Assembly: GCA_035324355.1 (NCBI GenBank)
Contig: DAOLBU010000001.1
Coordinates: 18,124 to 63,884 of the forward strand
Reading direction: 5' to 3'
Source: Minisyncoccota bacterium
GTDB lineage: Bacteria > Patescibacteriota > Minisyncoccia > Phycocordibacterales > UBA918
Length of the DNA: 45,761 nt
This document shows, one piece after another, positions 1 to 7,181 of the stretch; the stretch's first letter is position 1; every line of letters begins with the position of its first letter. Both the position numbers and the translations under genes were made by a program. The notes beneath the pieces were generated by a model that was not told where the DNA came from, ran no database searches, and was given only the letters and a program-made list of their open reading frames with translations.

Positions 1-148
1 CCTTATTAAGGAGGGTACGTAACGAAGACAAAACAATATATGCGCCCATAGCTCACCTCGGTACGCGTAGAAAAGCATCCCATGCTATTCTACCCTTATT
101 AAGGAGGGTACGTAACGAAGACAAAACAATATATGCGCCCATAGCTCA
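1..148. repeat. Exact 55-bp direct repeat (1-55 = 94-148). It covers 41 bp of upstream flank plus the first 14 nt of tRNA-Lys. Copy 1 is a truncated tRNA 5' fragment followed by a hairpin at 68-92.
   Basis: Base-by-base comparison. Identity ends after ...gcgcccatagctca, with loose similarity continuing through the D-loop (ccggta). Copy 1 has no matching 3' acceptor strand. The window edge truncates the view upstream. Confidence 0.85.
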
Positions 149-207
149 GCCGGTAGAGCAGCTCCCTTTTAAGGAGAAGGTCCTAGGTTCGATCCCTAGT
201 GGGCGCA
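135..207 (+). tRNA. tRNA-Lys (anticodon UUU)
   Basis: Cloverleaf folded by hand. Acceptor is gcgccca/tgggcgc (7 bp), D-stem gctc/gagc, T-arm ctagg-ttcgatc-cctag. The anticodon loop is cTTTTaa, with ttt at 168-170. There is one G-A mismatch at the top of the anticodon stem. CCA is not encoded. Confidence 0.9.
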
Positions 208-216
208 CACAAGCAG

Positions 217-252
217 AAAAAACACTAGTCTTTTAAAAGACTAGTGTTTTTT
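217..252 (+). terminator. Perfect 36-nt palindrome, a likely bidirectional rho-independent terminator after tRNA-Lys
   Basis: aaaaaacactagtctttt/aaaagactagtgtttttt forms an 18-bp stem including A/T runs on both sides. Confidence 0.7.
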
Positions 253-536
253 CTAGCACGCAACTAATGTTGCGTGCGGCTTGTGTGCGAACCGCAGCGA
301 TGTTTTCTTTTTTGAAAAAAGAAAACCGCGAGGTGGGGCCGAGAACACTTAGTAGATTTGAAGTCGAAGACGAACCAATATACTTAGTGATTCGTGGCCA
401 CAAACTGCTCTGCAGCAGAAGCGGCTCTAGTGCGAGGCGCAGACATATTTCGTCTACCCCACCCGAAACCAAGTGTCTACATATCATACATGATATGTAG
501 ACTTATCTAGTTGAATAATAAAGACAATACTCCTCC

Positions 537-731
537 TCAATTACTCTTATCTTTAAAAAAAATACGCTTTAACTTTCTCGCTAAATTCAGAAAATAATTT
601 TCTATTCTCATTCTCGTCAGAATCCACCAACACCAAATAAATGTAGAAAGGACCAAAAAGAAAACAGGCACCAGAGTGATGGACTGAATTGTATTGACAT
701 GAGTTGAAGGTAAACCGCAAACGACGCACAT
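537..731 (-). CDS. Possible small membrane protein (64 aa); weak call
   Basis: The ORF track shows one hydrophobic stretch (SITLVPVFFLVLSTFIWCWWILT). There is no recognisable family and no obvious ribosome-binding site. Confidence 0.2.
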   Translation of the reverse strand: MCVVCGLPSTHVNTIQSITLVPVFFLVLSTFIWCWWILTRMRIENYFLNLARKLKRIFFKDKSN

Positions 732-801
732 ATTATTTATTATTAGAGAAACTTAAATATTTTTAGCTTAGACTTTTTAGTATACATACATTATAACGTA
801 T

Positions 802-840
802 AAAAAATGGACCGACATCGCTAAGTGCGACATCGGTCCA
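802..840 (-). terminator. Rho-independent terminator downstream of the CysK-rhodanese gene
   Basis: The hairpin is ggaccga-ca-tcgc / gcga-ca-tcggtcc (7+4 bp). On the minus strand it is followed by a T-run (plus-strand aaaaaa at 802-807). Confidence 0.65.
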
Positions 841-847
841 GTTACAT

Positions 848-2314
848 CTAAGAAGAACAATGGATTCCTTTCATGCGTGGAAATCCAAGACGACTCCACT
901 CAAGTGTGCCTCCCAAAAGACTTAGGGCCTCCACCCCCAACTGTCGTGCCTGGAGCGCCAGCGCTGTACTCTTACCGCCGTACGAGCAAACGAAGACAGG
1001 CTTCAGACCACTCCGTTTAAAGGCAGGAACGAACACAGACTCAAGACCTTGGACCAGCATGCCATAATCCACCCGGTCAGAACCAGGAAGATGATGATCA
1101 TCGAACTCGTGTGGACTACGCACATCAATAATTATCACTGGAAACAGGACTTTGGTCTCTTTTTGCTCCAGACATGCCCTGCCCAATTCCTCAATCGGCA
1201 TCTGGTATGCCAACTTAAGACATTCAGCTGAGCCAATTCCAACATCGTACATTTCAAGTTTAATAGTCTCCTTTGGCTTAATTGGCTCGCGAAGCAGCTC
1301 CTCGTTCTCGATTTTTGGAAAGGCCTCCTCGCCGAGGTAACGAAAGTACTCATCGATGTACGGCAGTGGACTGTCTGGTGAAATTACCACTGCGAGCACC
1401 TCACCATCTTCGTTACGAAACTGATCAAGATCAGTTGCGTCCTGATGTGACAGATCCTGAAGTAATCCCGCTAGAGCAAAGCCTCCAGAGGGACCAACAA
1501 GCAACCCGACGCGACATAGATCTAGACTTGTCTGATAAGCTTCACGTGTACCGACAGGCACCAGATTGTCTGCTACATTTGGCCAGTCGAAACCTATCTC
1601 GTTAAGTAGCGTTTTGGTACGGACGCCCGGTACAGGATTATTAGGTTCACGGATTACTCCGACAGTGCGAACTTTCGGATTCTGCGCTTTAAGGTACGTT
1701 CCCGTACCGACAAGCGTTCCCGTAGTTCCAAGTCCCGAGGCGAGTACAGTAATCTTCCCGTTGGTCTGCGACCAGATTTGCGGACCCGTCCAACGCTGGT
1801 GCGCCTCAGGATTCGCAAGATTATGATACTGTCCTGCATTAAGCCAGCCCTCTTCTTCTCCTATCCGTTTAGCTTGATTTACTCCACTAACAGGATTGTT
1901 GGGATCAGGACAGATGTCCTCCTCCACAATCCTAATGTCGGTTCCGAGGAGCCTAAGCAACTGAAGCTTGCCGCGCTCAACTTGATTTGATGCCAAAGCG
2001 AGCGTTTTTTTAATACCAAATGCCCGAGCGAGAACAGTTAGTGATAGGACCGTGTTGCCAGACGAACTTTCGACAAGCGAATGCACGTTTGTTAAAGATC
2101 CGTCCCGCCTTGCTTCGTCAAGCATATTGAATGCTGGAAGTGACTTTACGTTTGCGAGCGGTAAGAAGTGCATGAGCTTGAGGAAAATACGAACCCCTCT
2201 AGCTTTATATGGGTTGAGGTCTGGTGGAAGCTCCACTAAAGGGAGGAGCGGATGATTGTCGGGATTGAGGTATGCTTGCACAGCGTCCTCACCCAGAAAT
2301 ACGTTCTGAGTCAT
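848..2314 (-). CDS. Fold-type II PLP enzyme (CysK/CysM/CBS-like) fused to a C-terminal rhodanese domain
   Basis: 488 aa. The N-terminal part has ESSSGNT, a candidate PLP-lysine region (LANVKSLPAFNML) and a Gly-rich loop (SGLGTTGTLVGTG). The C-terminal ~110 aa is rhodanese-like (IIDVRSPHEFDDHHLPGS, active-site loop CSYGGKS). Confidence 0.7.
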   Translation of the reverse strand: MTQNVFLGEDAVQAYLNPDNHPLLPLVELPPDLNPYKARGVRIFLKLMHFLPLANVKSLPAFNMLDEARRDGSLTNVHSLVESSSGNTVLSLTVLARAFGIKKTLALASNQVERGKLQLLRLLGTDIRIVEEDICPDPNNPVSGVNQAKRIGEEEGWLNAGQYHNLANPEAHQRWTGPQIWSQTNGKITVLASGLGTTGTLVGTGTYLKAQNPKVRTVGVIREPNNPVPGVRTKTLLNEIGFDWPNVADNLVPVGTREAYQTSLDLCRVGLLVGPSGGFALAGLLQDLSHQDATDLDQFRNEDGEVLAVVISPDSPLPYIDEYFRYLGEEAFPKIENEELLREPIKPKETIKLEMYDVGIGSAECLKLAYQMPIEELGRACLEQKETKVLFPVIIIDVRSPHEFDDHHLPGSDRVDYGMLVQGLESVFVPAFKRSGLKPVFVCSYGGKSTALALQARQLGVEALSLLGGTLEWSRLGFPRMKGIHCSS

Positions 2315-2354
2315 TGACCACTCCTTGTTTGATTTAGTTGGAAAGAACTATTCG

Positions 2355-3389
2355 TCAAGTCTCTACTTGACGGTATGAAAAGAGAGGATCAATTTGTATT
2401 GTAAGGTCCCCAAAGCGCTCAGTAATAAAAGGTTGCGAAACATATTTTTTATGAAGTTCCCATAATTTATGGAGCCGACTATCTCGAGCGTCAGGAAATG
2501 AGTCGAGTTTAATTGCAATTTTCTCCAGCAATGCCTGGTTATGATTGTTCAATTTTTTAATGAGAAGGGCTTCGCCTGTTTGATCAATCTGTCGAAGATA
2601 TTCATCATCAACAAAGTAGCCGAGAATTTTTTCTGATTCAATGTGTGTGTTAATAAAATCTTTGTCTGCATTTGATCTTACCTTGTTGGCAATAACCATG
2701 AGTCCATCAAGGACACCGGCCTCCATTGCTAAGATTTTGTATTTCTCATAGACTTCTATACTCCGCTTCGTTGGCTCTACTATGAGACATGTCAGATCGA
2801 ACTGTGCATGGAGCGTCCCGGCAAACGAATCGACTCCCGCCACCATGTCGGCAACAAGGTAGGCATTAAGATCATCAGTGTGATTCAAAATACTTTCAAA
2901 TACAGCCAGATTATTATGATAGCAACTAGCGCCAATATCATTTTCTTGATAAGTACCGACTACAAACACAGAAAGATTATCTCGATGCATGCCGAAATCA
3001 GCTAGCGGTGTCTTCTTTAGTTTCTCAAGCAGGAGAAGGTTCGAATTTCGAGTCGGAGGAGTGGTCTTTCTGAACGCCCCTAGTTTTGTAATTTCATTGT
3101 CACCTATGAGCCACTTTTGAATTGTTTTAGTTGTCTCAGGATGCGAAAGATGTTTTTCAAACGGAATGGCTGTAAATCCCAGTAATTCGGGAGTATGGAT
3201 ATTTAGATCAGCATCAAAGACAACCACAGGTTTATCTGTATTAGTTCTGAGATATGAAGCAAATGAGGTAGTTAACGTACTCTTACCAGACCCACCTTTT
3301 CCAACAAAGGCAATTCTCATATATTTACTATTCACCAAATGGGTCATTAGGGGTTCTCCACCCAACCACGCCAAGTATCCATTCGTCAT
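2355..3389 (-). CDS. P-loop ATPase of the MinD/ParA/CooC class (deviant Walker A) with a ~100-aa C-terminal extension
   Basis: The motif RIAFVGKGGSGKSTL is followed by VFDADLN. The true start may be an internal Met (MRIAF, about 3320). Confidence 0.65.
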   Translation of the reverse strand: MTNGYLAWLGGEPLMTHLVNSKYMRIAFVGKGGSGKSTLTTSFASYLRTNTDKPVVVFDADLNIHTPELLGFTAIPFEKHLSHPETTKTIQKWLIGDNEITKLGAFRKTTPPTRNSNLLLLEKLKKTPLADFGMHRDNLSVFVVGTYQENDIGASCYHNNLAVFESILNHTDDLNAYLVADMVAGVDSFAGTLHAQFDLTCLIVEPTKRSIEVYEKYKILAMEAGVLDGLMVIANKVRSNADKDFINTHIESEKILGYFVDDEYLRQIDQTGEALLIKKLNNHNQALLEKIAIKLDSFPDARDSRLHKLWELHKKYVSQPFITERFGDLTIQIDPLFSYRQVET

Positions 3390-3438
3390 CTGTCGACAAA
3401 CACGCGTCTAGACTTTTTGTAATAGCTTCTTTATCCAT

Positions 3439-3463
3439 ATTAATGCAAATGAGTTGCATTAAT
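3439..3463. promoter_or_regulatory. 10-bp perfect inverted repeat, a candidate operator upstream of the CooC-like/CysK-rhodanese operon
   Basis: attaatgcaa-atgag-ttgcattaat lies 50-75 nt upstream of the 3389 start. It shares the tgcaa/ttgca core with the adjacent terminator hairpin. Confidence 0.35.
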
Positions 3464-3475
3464 ATAGCAGACTTC

Positions 3476-3507
3476 AAAAACACATGCAAATGTTTTGCAT
3501 GTGTTTT
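3476..3507 (-). terminator. Rho-independent terminator after holA
   Basis: 14-bp perfect stem aaaacacatgcaaa / tttgcatgtgtttt with a 3-nt loop. A T-run follows on the minus strand. Confidence 0.7.
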
Positions 3508-3521
3508 CTGTCCTTATTTTA

Positions 3522-4238
3522 TTAAACCTTTAACACCCACTCCTCTAAAGCTAGCTCCAGGTCACTCTCCCCGCGGTGACCTTCATGATATAGCGTCAGT
3601 AATTTTCGCGCCTTGGCTTCAATTTCTCCTGGTTTAAAGTCCCGTAACGCTCTTTTAGCTTTTTGATAAGGAAAATCTTTTAGTCCGGCTTCGGCGGCAT
3701 TCTTTGTCACTTCTGCTAGTCTAAGTGCTTTAAGCTGCCACCAGAGAGTGCCAATGATTTCTTCGGAAGATAAGTTATTTCTCTTTGCTTCCTCTAGCAA
3801 AAGCCAAAGTGAACGCTTGTCTTTTCTAGCAAAAGCGTCCGCCAACCCAAAGGCATTAAAACGCGCGGTCGGATCTTTTTTATATTCTTCGAGAACTGAG
3901 GCATGTTTAGTGAGTGGTTTTTTGTCGGCCGCTAACAACATCCCGGCCACACAAATAAATAAATTTTGTGACTCCGCCAAAGCTTCACATTCACTAATAA
4001 ATTCTTGAAAAATTTCAGTACTATTATCCCCGACATCGACTAAATAAACTGAGTCTCCACCAAAAAGGGAGTAGGAGCTGGATAAACCAAGTAAAGTACC
4101 CGGCAAATAATTCTCCGCTTCAAGGGAAATAATTTCTTGGTCTGGTCCTAGCTTAGTAGTGGCTGCTAGGTAAGCTTTTTGTTTCGCCTTAAGAGCGTCA
4201 GTACCGAAGTAAACTTGAAGCATATTATTTTTGATCAA
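3522..4238 (-). CDS. holA: DNA polymerase III delta subunit-like (HolA), compact 238-aa form
   Basis: The pattern matches HolA. N-terminal LQVYFG...LFGGDSVYLV; C-terminal FGLADAFARKDKRSLWLLLEEAKRNNLSSEEIIGTLWWQLKALRL and a YQKAKRALRDF region. It lies directly downstream of polA and overlaps it (an alternative start at 4223 removes the overlap). Confidence 0.55.
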   Translation of the reverse strand: MIKNNMLQVYFGTDALKAKQKAYLAATTKLGPDQEIISLEAENYLPGTLLGLSSSYSLFGGDSVYLVDVGDNSTEIFQEFISECEALAESQNLFICVAGMLLAADKKPLTKHASVLEEYKKDPTARFNAFGLADAFARKDKRSLWLLLEEAKRNNLSSEEIIGTLWWQLKALRLAEVTKNAAEAGLKDFPYQKAKRALRDFKPGEIEAKARKLLTLYHEGHRGESDLELALEEWVLKV

Positions 4239-6615
4239 CTAAGTCAGCCCAGTTAGGTCCAGTGGCTACATCTACCTTAACCGGCACCCCGTAGGTTTCA
4301 TAACCCTCAAGCACACTCTCCATTAAATCCACTAACTTAGGCACTTCTGTTTCCACCATTTCATTTTTAATTTCAAATACTAATTCGTCATGTACTTGGA
4401 GTAATATCCGAACGTCAGTCAACTTCCCCTCCTTGGCTAAATATTCATAAACTTTATTCATGGCGACGCGCATGATATCAGCGGCAGTTCCTTGAATCGG
4501 AGCATTAATGGCCATGCGTTCAGCTTGCGCCCGAATAAAAGGAGCGTTCGAGCGAATGCCGGGAAAATGTCGCTGTCGACCAAAGAGAGTTTTAGTATAA
4601 CCGTAATCACGGGCATATTGTTTGGTCTCTTCAAGATATTCGGCCAAACGAGTGAAGGTATTGAAATAGGCATTTAAAAATTCTTGGGCTTCTTCCCTGG
4701 GGGTCTCATCCCCTAAATTTGCCCGAAGTGCATTAACTCCCATCCCATAAAGAATACCGAAGTTAATTACTTTGGCTTTGCGCCGCATTTCACTTGTCAC
4801 TGCACCAGGCTGGACTCCAAAAACTCTAATCGCTACCCCAGTATGAACATCTTCTCCAGCGCTAAAGATATCAATCAATTTTTGATCCTGCGCTAAAATC
4901 GCCGCTATCCGTAATTCAATCTGAGAGTAATCAATCCCGACCATAGTAAAGCCCTTCTCTGCGACAAAGCCACGACGTATCGCCCGACTCTCTTCGGTTC
5001 TTACCGGGATATTTTGCAGGTTAGGATCTTTTGAGCCCATACGTCCGGTGGTGGTGCCTGTCTGGAGGAAAGTCGTTCGTATCCGTCCATCATCACTGAC
5101 TTGTGTTGGTAAAGTATCAGCGTAAGTAGACACCAATTTTTGTAACTCCCGATACCGTAGCAAGTCATTAATAATTGGGTGTTCGTCTTTTAACTTTTCG
5201 AGTTCAGACTCTTTTGTCGATCGTTGTCCTCCAGCTGTTTTTTTCTGATGTTTAGGTTTTAAACCAAGAGCGTCAAATAAAACCTCTCCCAATTGTTTAG
5301 GTGAATTAATGTTAAATTCAGTGCCAGCATGCTGATAGATACTCTGCCGCAGAGTTTCTAATTCTTTATGCATCTGTGTAGCCAACTGCTTCAAATACTC
5401 AACATCCAACTTAATACCATTACTATTAATATGCTGCACCACCGCCTGGAGTGGTTGTTCGATTTTTTCATACACGGCTTTTAGACCTGAATCACTATTT
5501 ACTTTTTCTAGGAGAATTTTAGAAATTTCTTTAAAGTCACTGGTATTTAAATAAGCCTGACCGTAATCAATAATATCTTCAAGACTCGGATTAGTTCGTT
5601 CGCTCTCAAGTAGCCACAACAGAATCCCTGCCTGACTAACTGCCTCTTTAGAAAAATTGCCCACCGATACGCCCACAGAAACATCCTCGGCGATACCAAG
5701 AGCCGTCTTAACTCGATTACCTAAAGTACGAAAACCGAGCTCAGTAAACAAAGTACTAATCTTTTCAATATCAGCCTCAGCCTGCCAATTTTTTTCCGTT
5801 AAGTTAAACACCACCGGCACGTCCACGCGAATAGTGGCCAGCATCTTTGAAAAACGCGCTTCCTCTTCTCCTTCTTTTAGTAAATTGACGATTCGGGGCT
5901 TGATTCCAACCTTCAGAAAAGCCGCTTCATCCTTTTTTAATTTTTTGTAGATAGCATCCAAATCACCAAAGTTGGTAATCAGTTCTGTCGCGGTCTTTTC
6001 ACCAATACCCACAATTCCAGGTATATTGTCTGAAGTATCTCCCCGTAGTCCCTTATAGTCGGGAACAAGTTTAGGTCCAAAACCAAAGCGTTCTTTAACC
6101 GCTTTTTCATCATAAATAATTGTGTCTTTAATTCCCTTTTTCAAAGTATAGACGCGCACTCTAGTGCCATCAATACACTGCAGTGTATCCATATCACCAG
6201 AAGCAATAATCACTTCAAGTTCTTTATTGCTTTTGGTTTGGTGCGCAATCGTTCCTAAAAGATCGTCAGCTTCAAAGCCCGCCTGCTCATAAATCGGAAT
6301 ACCAAAAGCAGCAAAAATATCTCGAGAACGAATAATTTGTGACACGAGTGTATCGTCCGTTTTTTCACGCTTTGCTTTGTAGCCTTCAAAAGCATCGTGG
6401 CGATAAGTTGCTTCCGGCAAATCAAAACAAGCGACAATATAATCTGGCTTAAAGTCTTCGATGATTTTAAGAATCATACTGACGACACCATACAAAGCCC
6501 CTGTCGGTGATCCATCTGGAGCAGTAAAATCAGGCAAAGCGTGGTAAGCCCGATGCAAAATGGCATGTGCATCGAGCAAAATCAAACGTTGCTTTGTAGG
6601 CTTTTTAGTAGTCAC
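4225..6615 (-). CDS. polA: DNA polymerase I (5'-3' exonuclease plus family A polymerase domains)
   Basis: 796 aa. The N-terminal FEN-like region has LILLDAHAILHRAYHALP. Polymerase motifs are RRKAKVINFGILYGM (motif B) and QVHDELVFE (motif C). The central region is shortened relative to E. coli Pol I. Confidence 0.95.
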   Translation of the reverse strand: MTTKKPTKQRLILLDAHAILHRAYHALPDFTAPDGSPTGALYGVVSMILKIIEDFKPDYIVACFDLPEATYRHDAFEGYKAKREKTDDTLVSQIIRSRDIFAAFGIPIYEQAGFEADDLLGTIAHQTKSNKELEVIIASGDMDTLQCIDGTRVRVYTLKKGIKDTIIYDEKAVKERFGFGPKLVPDYKGLRGDTSDNIPGIVGIGEKTATELITNFGDLDAIYKKLKKDEAAFLKVGIKPRIVNLLKEGEEEARFSKMLATIRVDVPVVFNLTEKNWQAEADIEKISTLFTELGFRTLGNRVKTALGIAEDVSVGVSVGNFSKEAVSQAGILLWLLESERTNPSLEDIIDYGQAYLNTSDFKEISKILLEKVNSDSGLKAVYEKIEQPLQAVVQHINSNGIKLDVEYLKQLATQMHKELETLRQSIYQHAGTEFNINSPKQLGEVLFDALGLKPKHQKKTAGGQRSTKESELEKLKDEHPIINDLLRYRELQKLVSTYADTLPTQVSDDGRIRTTFLQTGTTTGRMGSKDPNLQNIPVRTEESRAIRRGFVAEKGFTMVGIDYSQIELRIAAILAQDQKLIDIFSAGEDVHTGVAIRVFGVQPGAVTSEMRRKAKVINFGILYGMGVNALRANLGDETPREEAQEFLNAYFNTFTRLAEYLEETKQYARDYGYTKTLFGRQRHFPGIRSNAPFIRAQAERMAINAPIQGTAADIMRVAMNKVYEYLAKEGKLTDVRILLQVHDELVFEIKNEMVETEVPKLVDLMESVLEGYETYGVPVKVDVATGPNWADLVDQK

Positions 6616-6646
6616 AAGCTTAGTATACCTTTTTTTAGCAAACTGA

Positions 6647-7105
6647 CTAAACTACCGGTTCCAAACTAAAAACAATCTCTCTAGTATCAACATCAATGGT
6701 ATTTAAAGTGAGATAAATAGTGTCGCCTGGTAAGACAGCAGCAATTCGCTCAGCCCACTCAATACAAAACAAGTTTGCTGGCTCCTTGAGCATAGACTTG
6801 AGTCCAAGCGGTCGAAGTTCATCAAGCGAATCAATCCGGTAGGCGTCCATATGAATCAATTTTTGAAACAACTCCGGCTCTGCTACTTCATAACTTTTCA
6901 TAATGGTAAAAGTGGGACTAGTGACTGTCTCTTTTATACCCAACTCTAAAGCTAGTTGCTGTACTAAAGTAGTTTTACCAGCGCCTAAGTTGCCCGACAA
7001 GGCAATCACTGTCGGTGATTTTTTATTTTCAGATAAATAGCGCAATAAATTTGCGGCGAATGTCCTTAATTCAGCTAAACCTTTAATTTCAGTTCTTGGT
7101 GGCAT
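6647..7105 (-). CDS. tsaE: tRNA t6A biosynthesis ATPase TsaE
   Basis: 152 aa with SGNLGAGKTTLV, SPTFTIMKSY and HMDAYRI signature segments. Confidence 0.9.
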   Translation of the reverse strand: MPPRTEIKGLAELRTFAANLLRYLSENKKSPTVIALSGNLGAGKTTLVQQLALELGIKETVTSPTFTIMKSYEVAEPELFQKLIHMDAYRIDSLDELRPLGLKSMLKEPANLFCIEWAERIAAVLPGDTIYLTLNTIDVDTREIVFSLEPVV

Positions 7106-7181
7106 ATTAGTTTATTGTACTAATTTATCACAATTAAGCTATCATCAACCGCCACCGCCTGCGTGTTATAATTTTCTTAGC

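Noticed and set aside
1-148. CRISPR array or tandem repeat array
   Set aside because: Only two copies of a 55-bp unit are visible. The unit contains tRNA sequence and the spacer is 38 bp. No cas genes and no further repeats occur in the window.
330-470. Possible tmRNA or SRP RNA, suggested by the ggtgggg...ccccacc terminal pairing and a ttcaaatc segment
   Set aside because: The enclosed length (~115 nt) is far too short for tmRNA, and the T-loop-like segment is not adjacent to the acceptor-like stem. I could not find the SRP domain IV GGAA/AGCA motifs. It is kept only as a generic structured-RNA possibility.
233-500. Two mutually overlapping ORFs (84 aa minus, 77 aa plus) after tRNA-Lys
   Set aside because: They overlap each other on opposite strands, span terminator-like palindromes, and have no RBS or recognisable motif. 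I treat the region as non-coding or possibly an RNA gene.
873-2255. Multiple 60-107-aa ORFs on the plus strand (873-1067, 1049-1231, 1152-1340, 1282-1605, 1566-1826, 1778-1990, 2052-2255) plus two same-strand off-frame minus ORFs (1135-1353, 1654-1839)
   Set aside because: All lie inside the well-supported 488-aa CysK-rhodanese CDS, either on the opposite strand or off-frame. Their products are low-complexity and Arg/Ser/Pro-rich, which is typical of shadow ORFs. The same reasoning applies to other nested track ORFs, including 2808-3005, 3748-4008, 4458-4677, 5657-5950, 8127-8523, 12361-12750, 20762-21277, 24371-24583, 28747-29330, 29425-29958, 39544-39954, 41702-42253 and 44193-44680.
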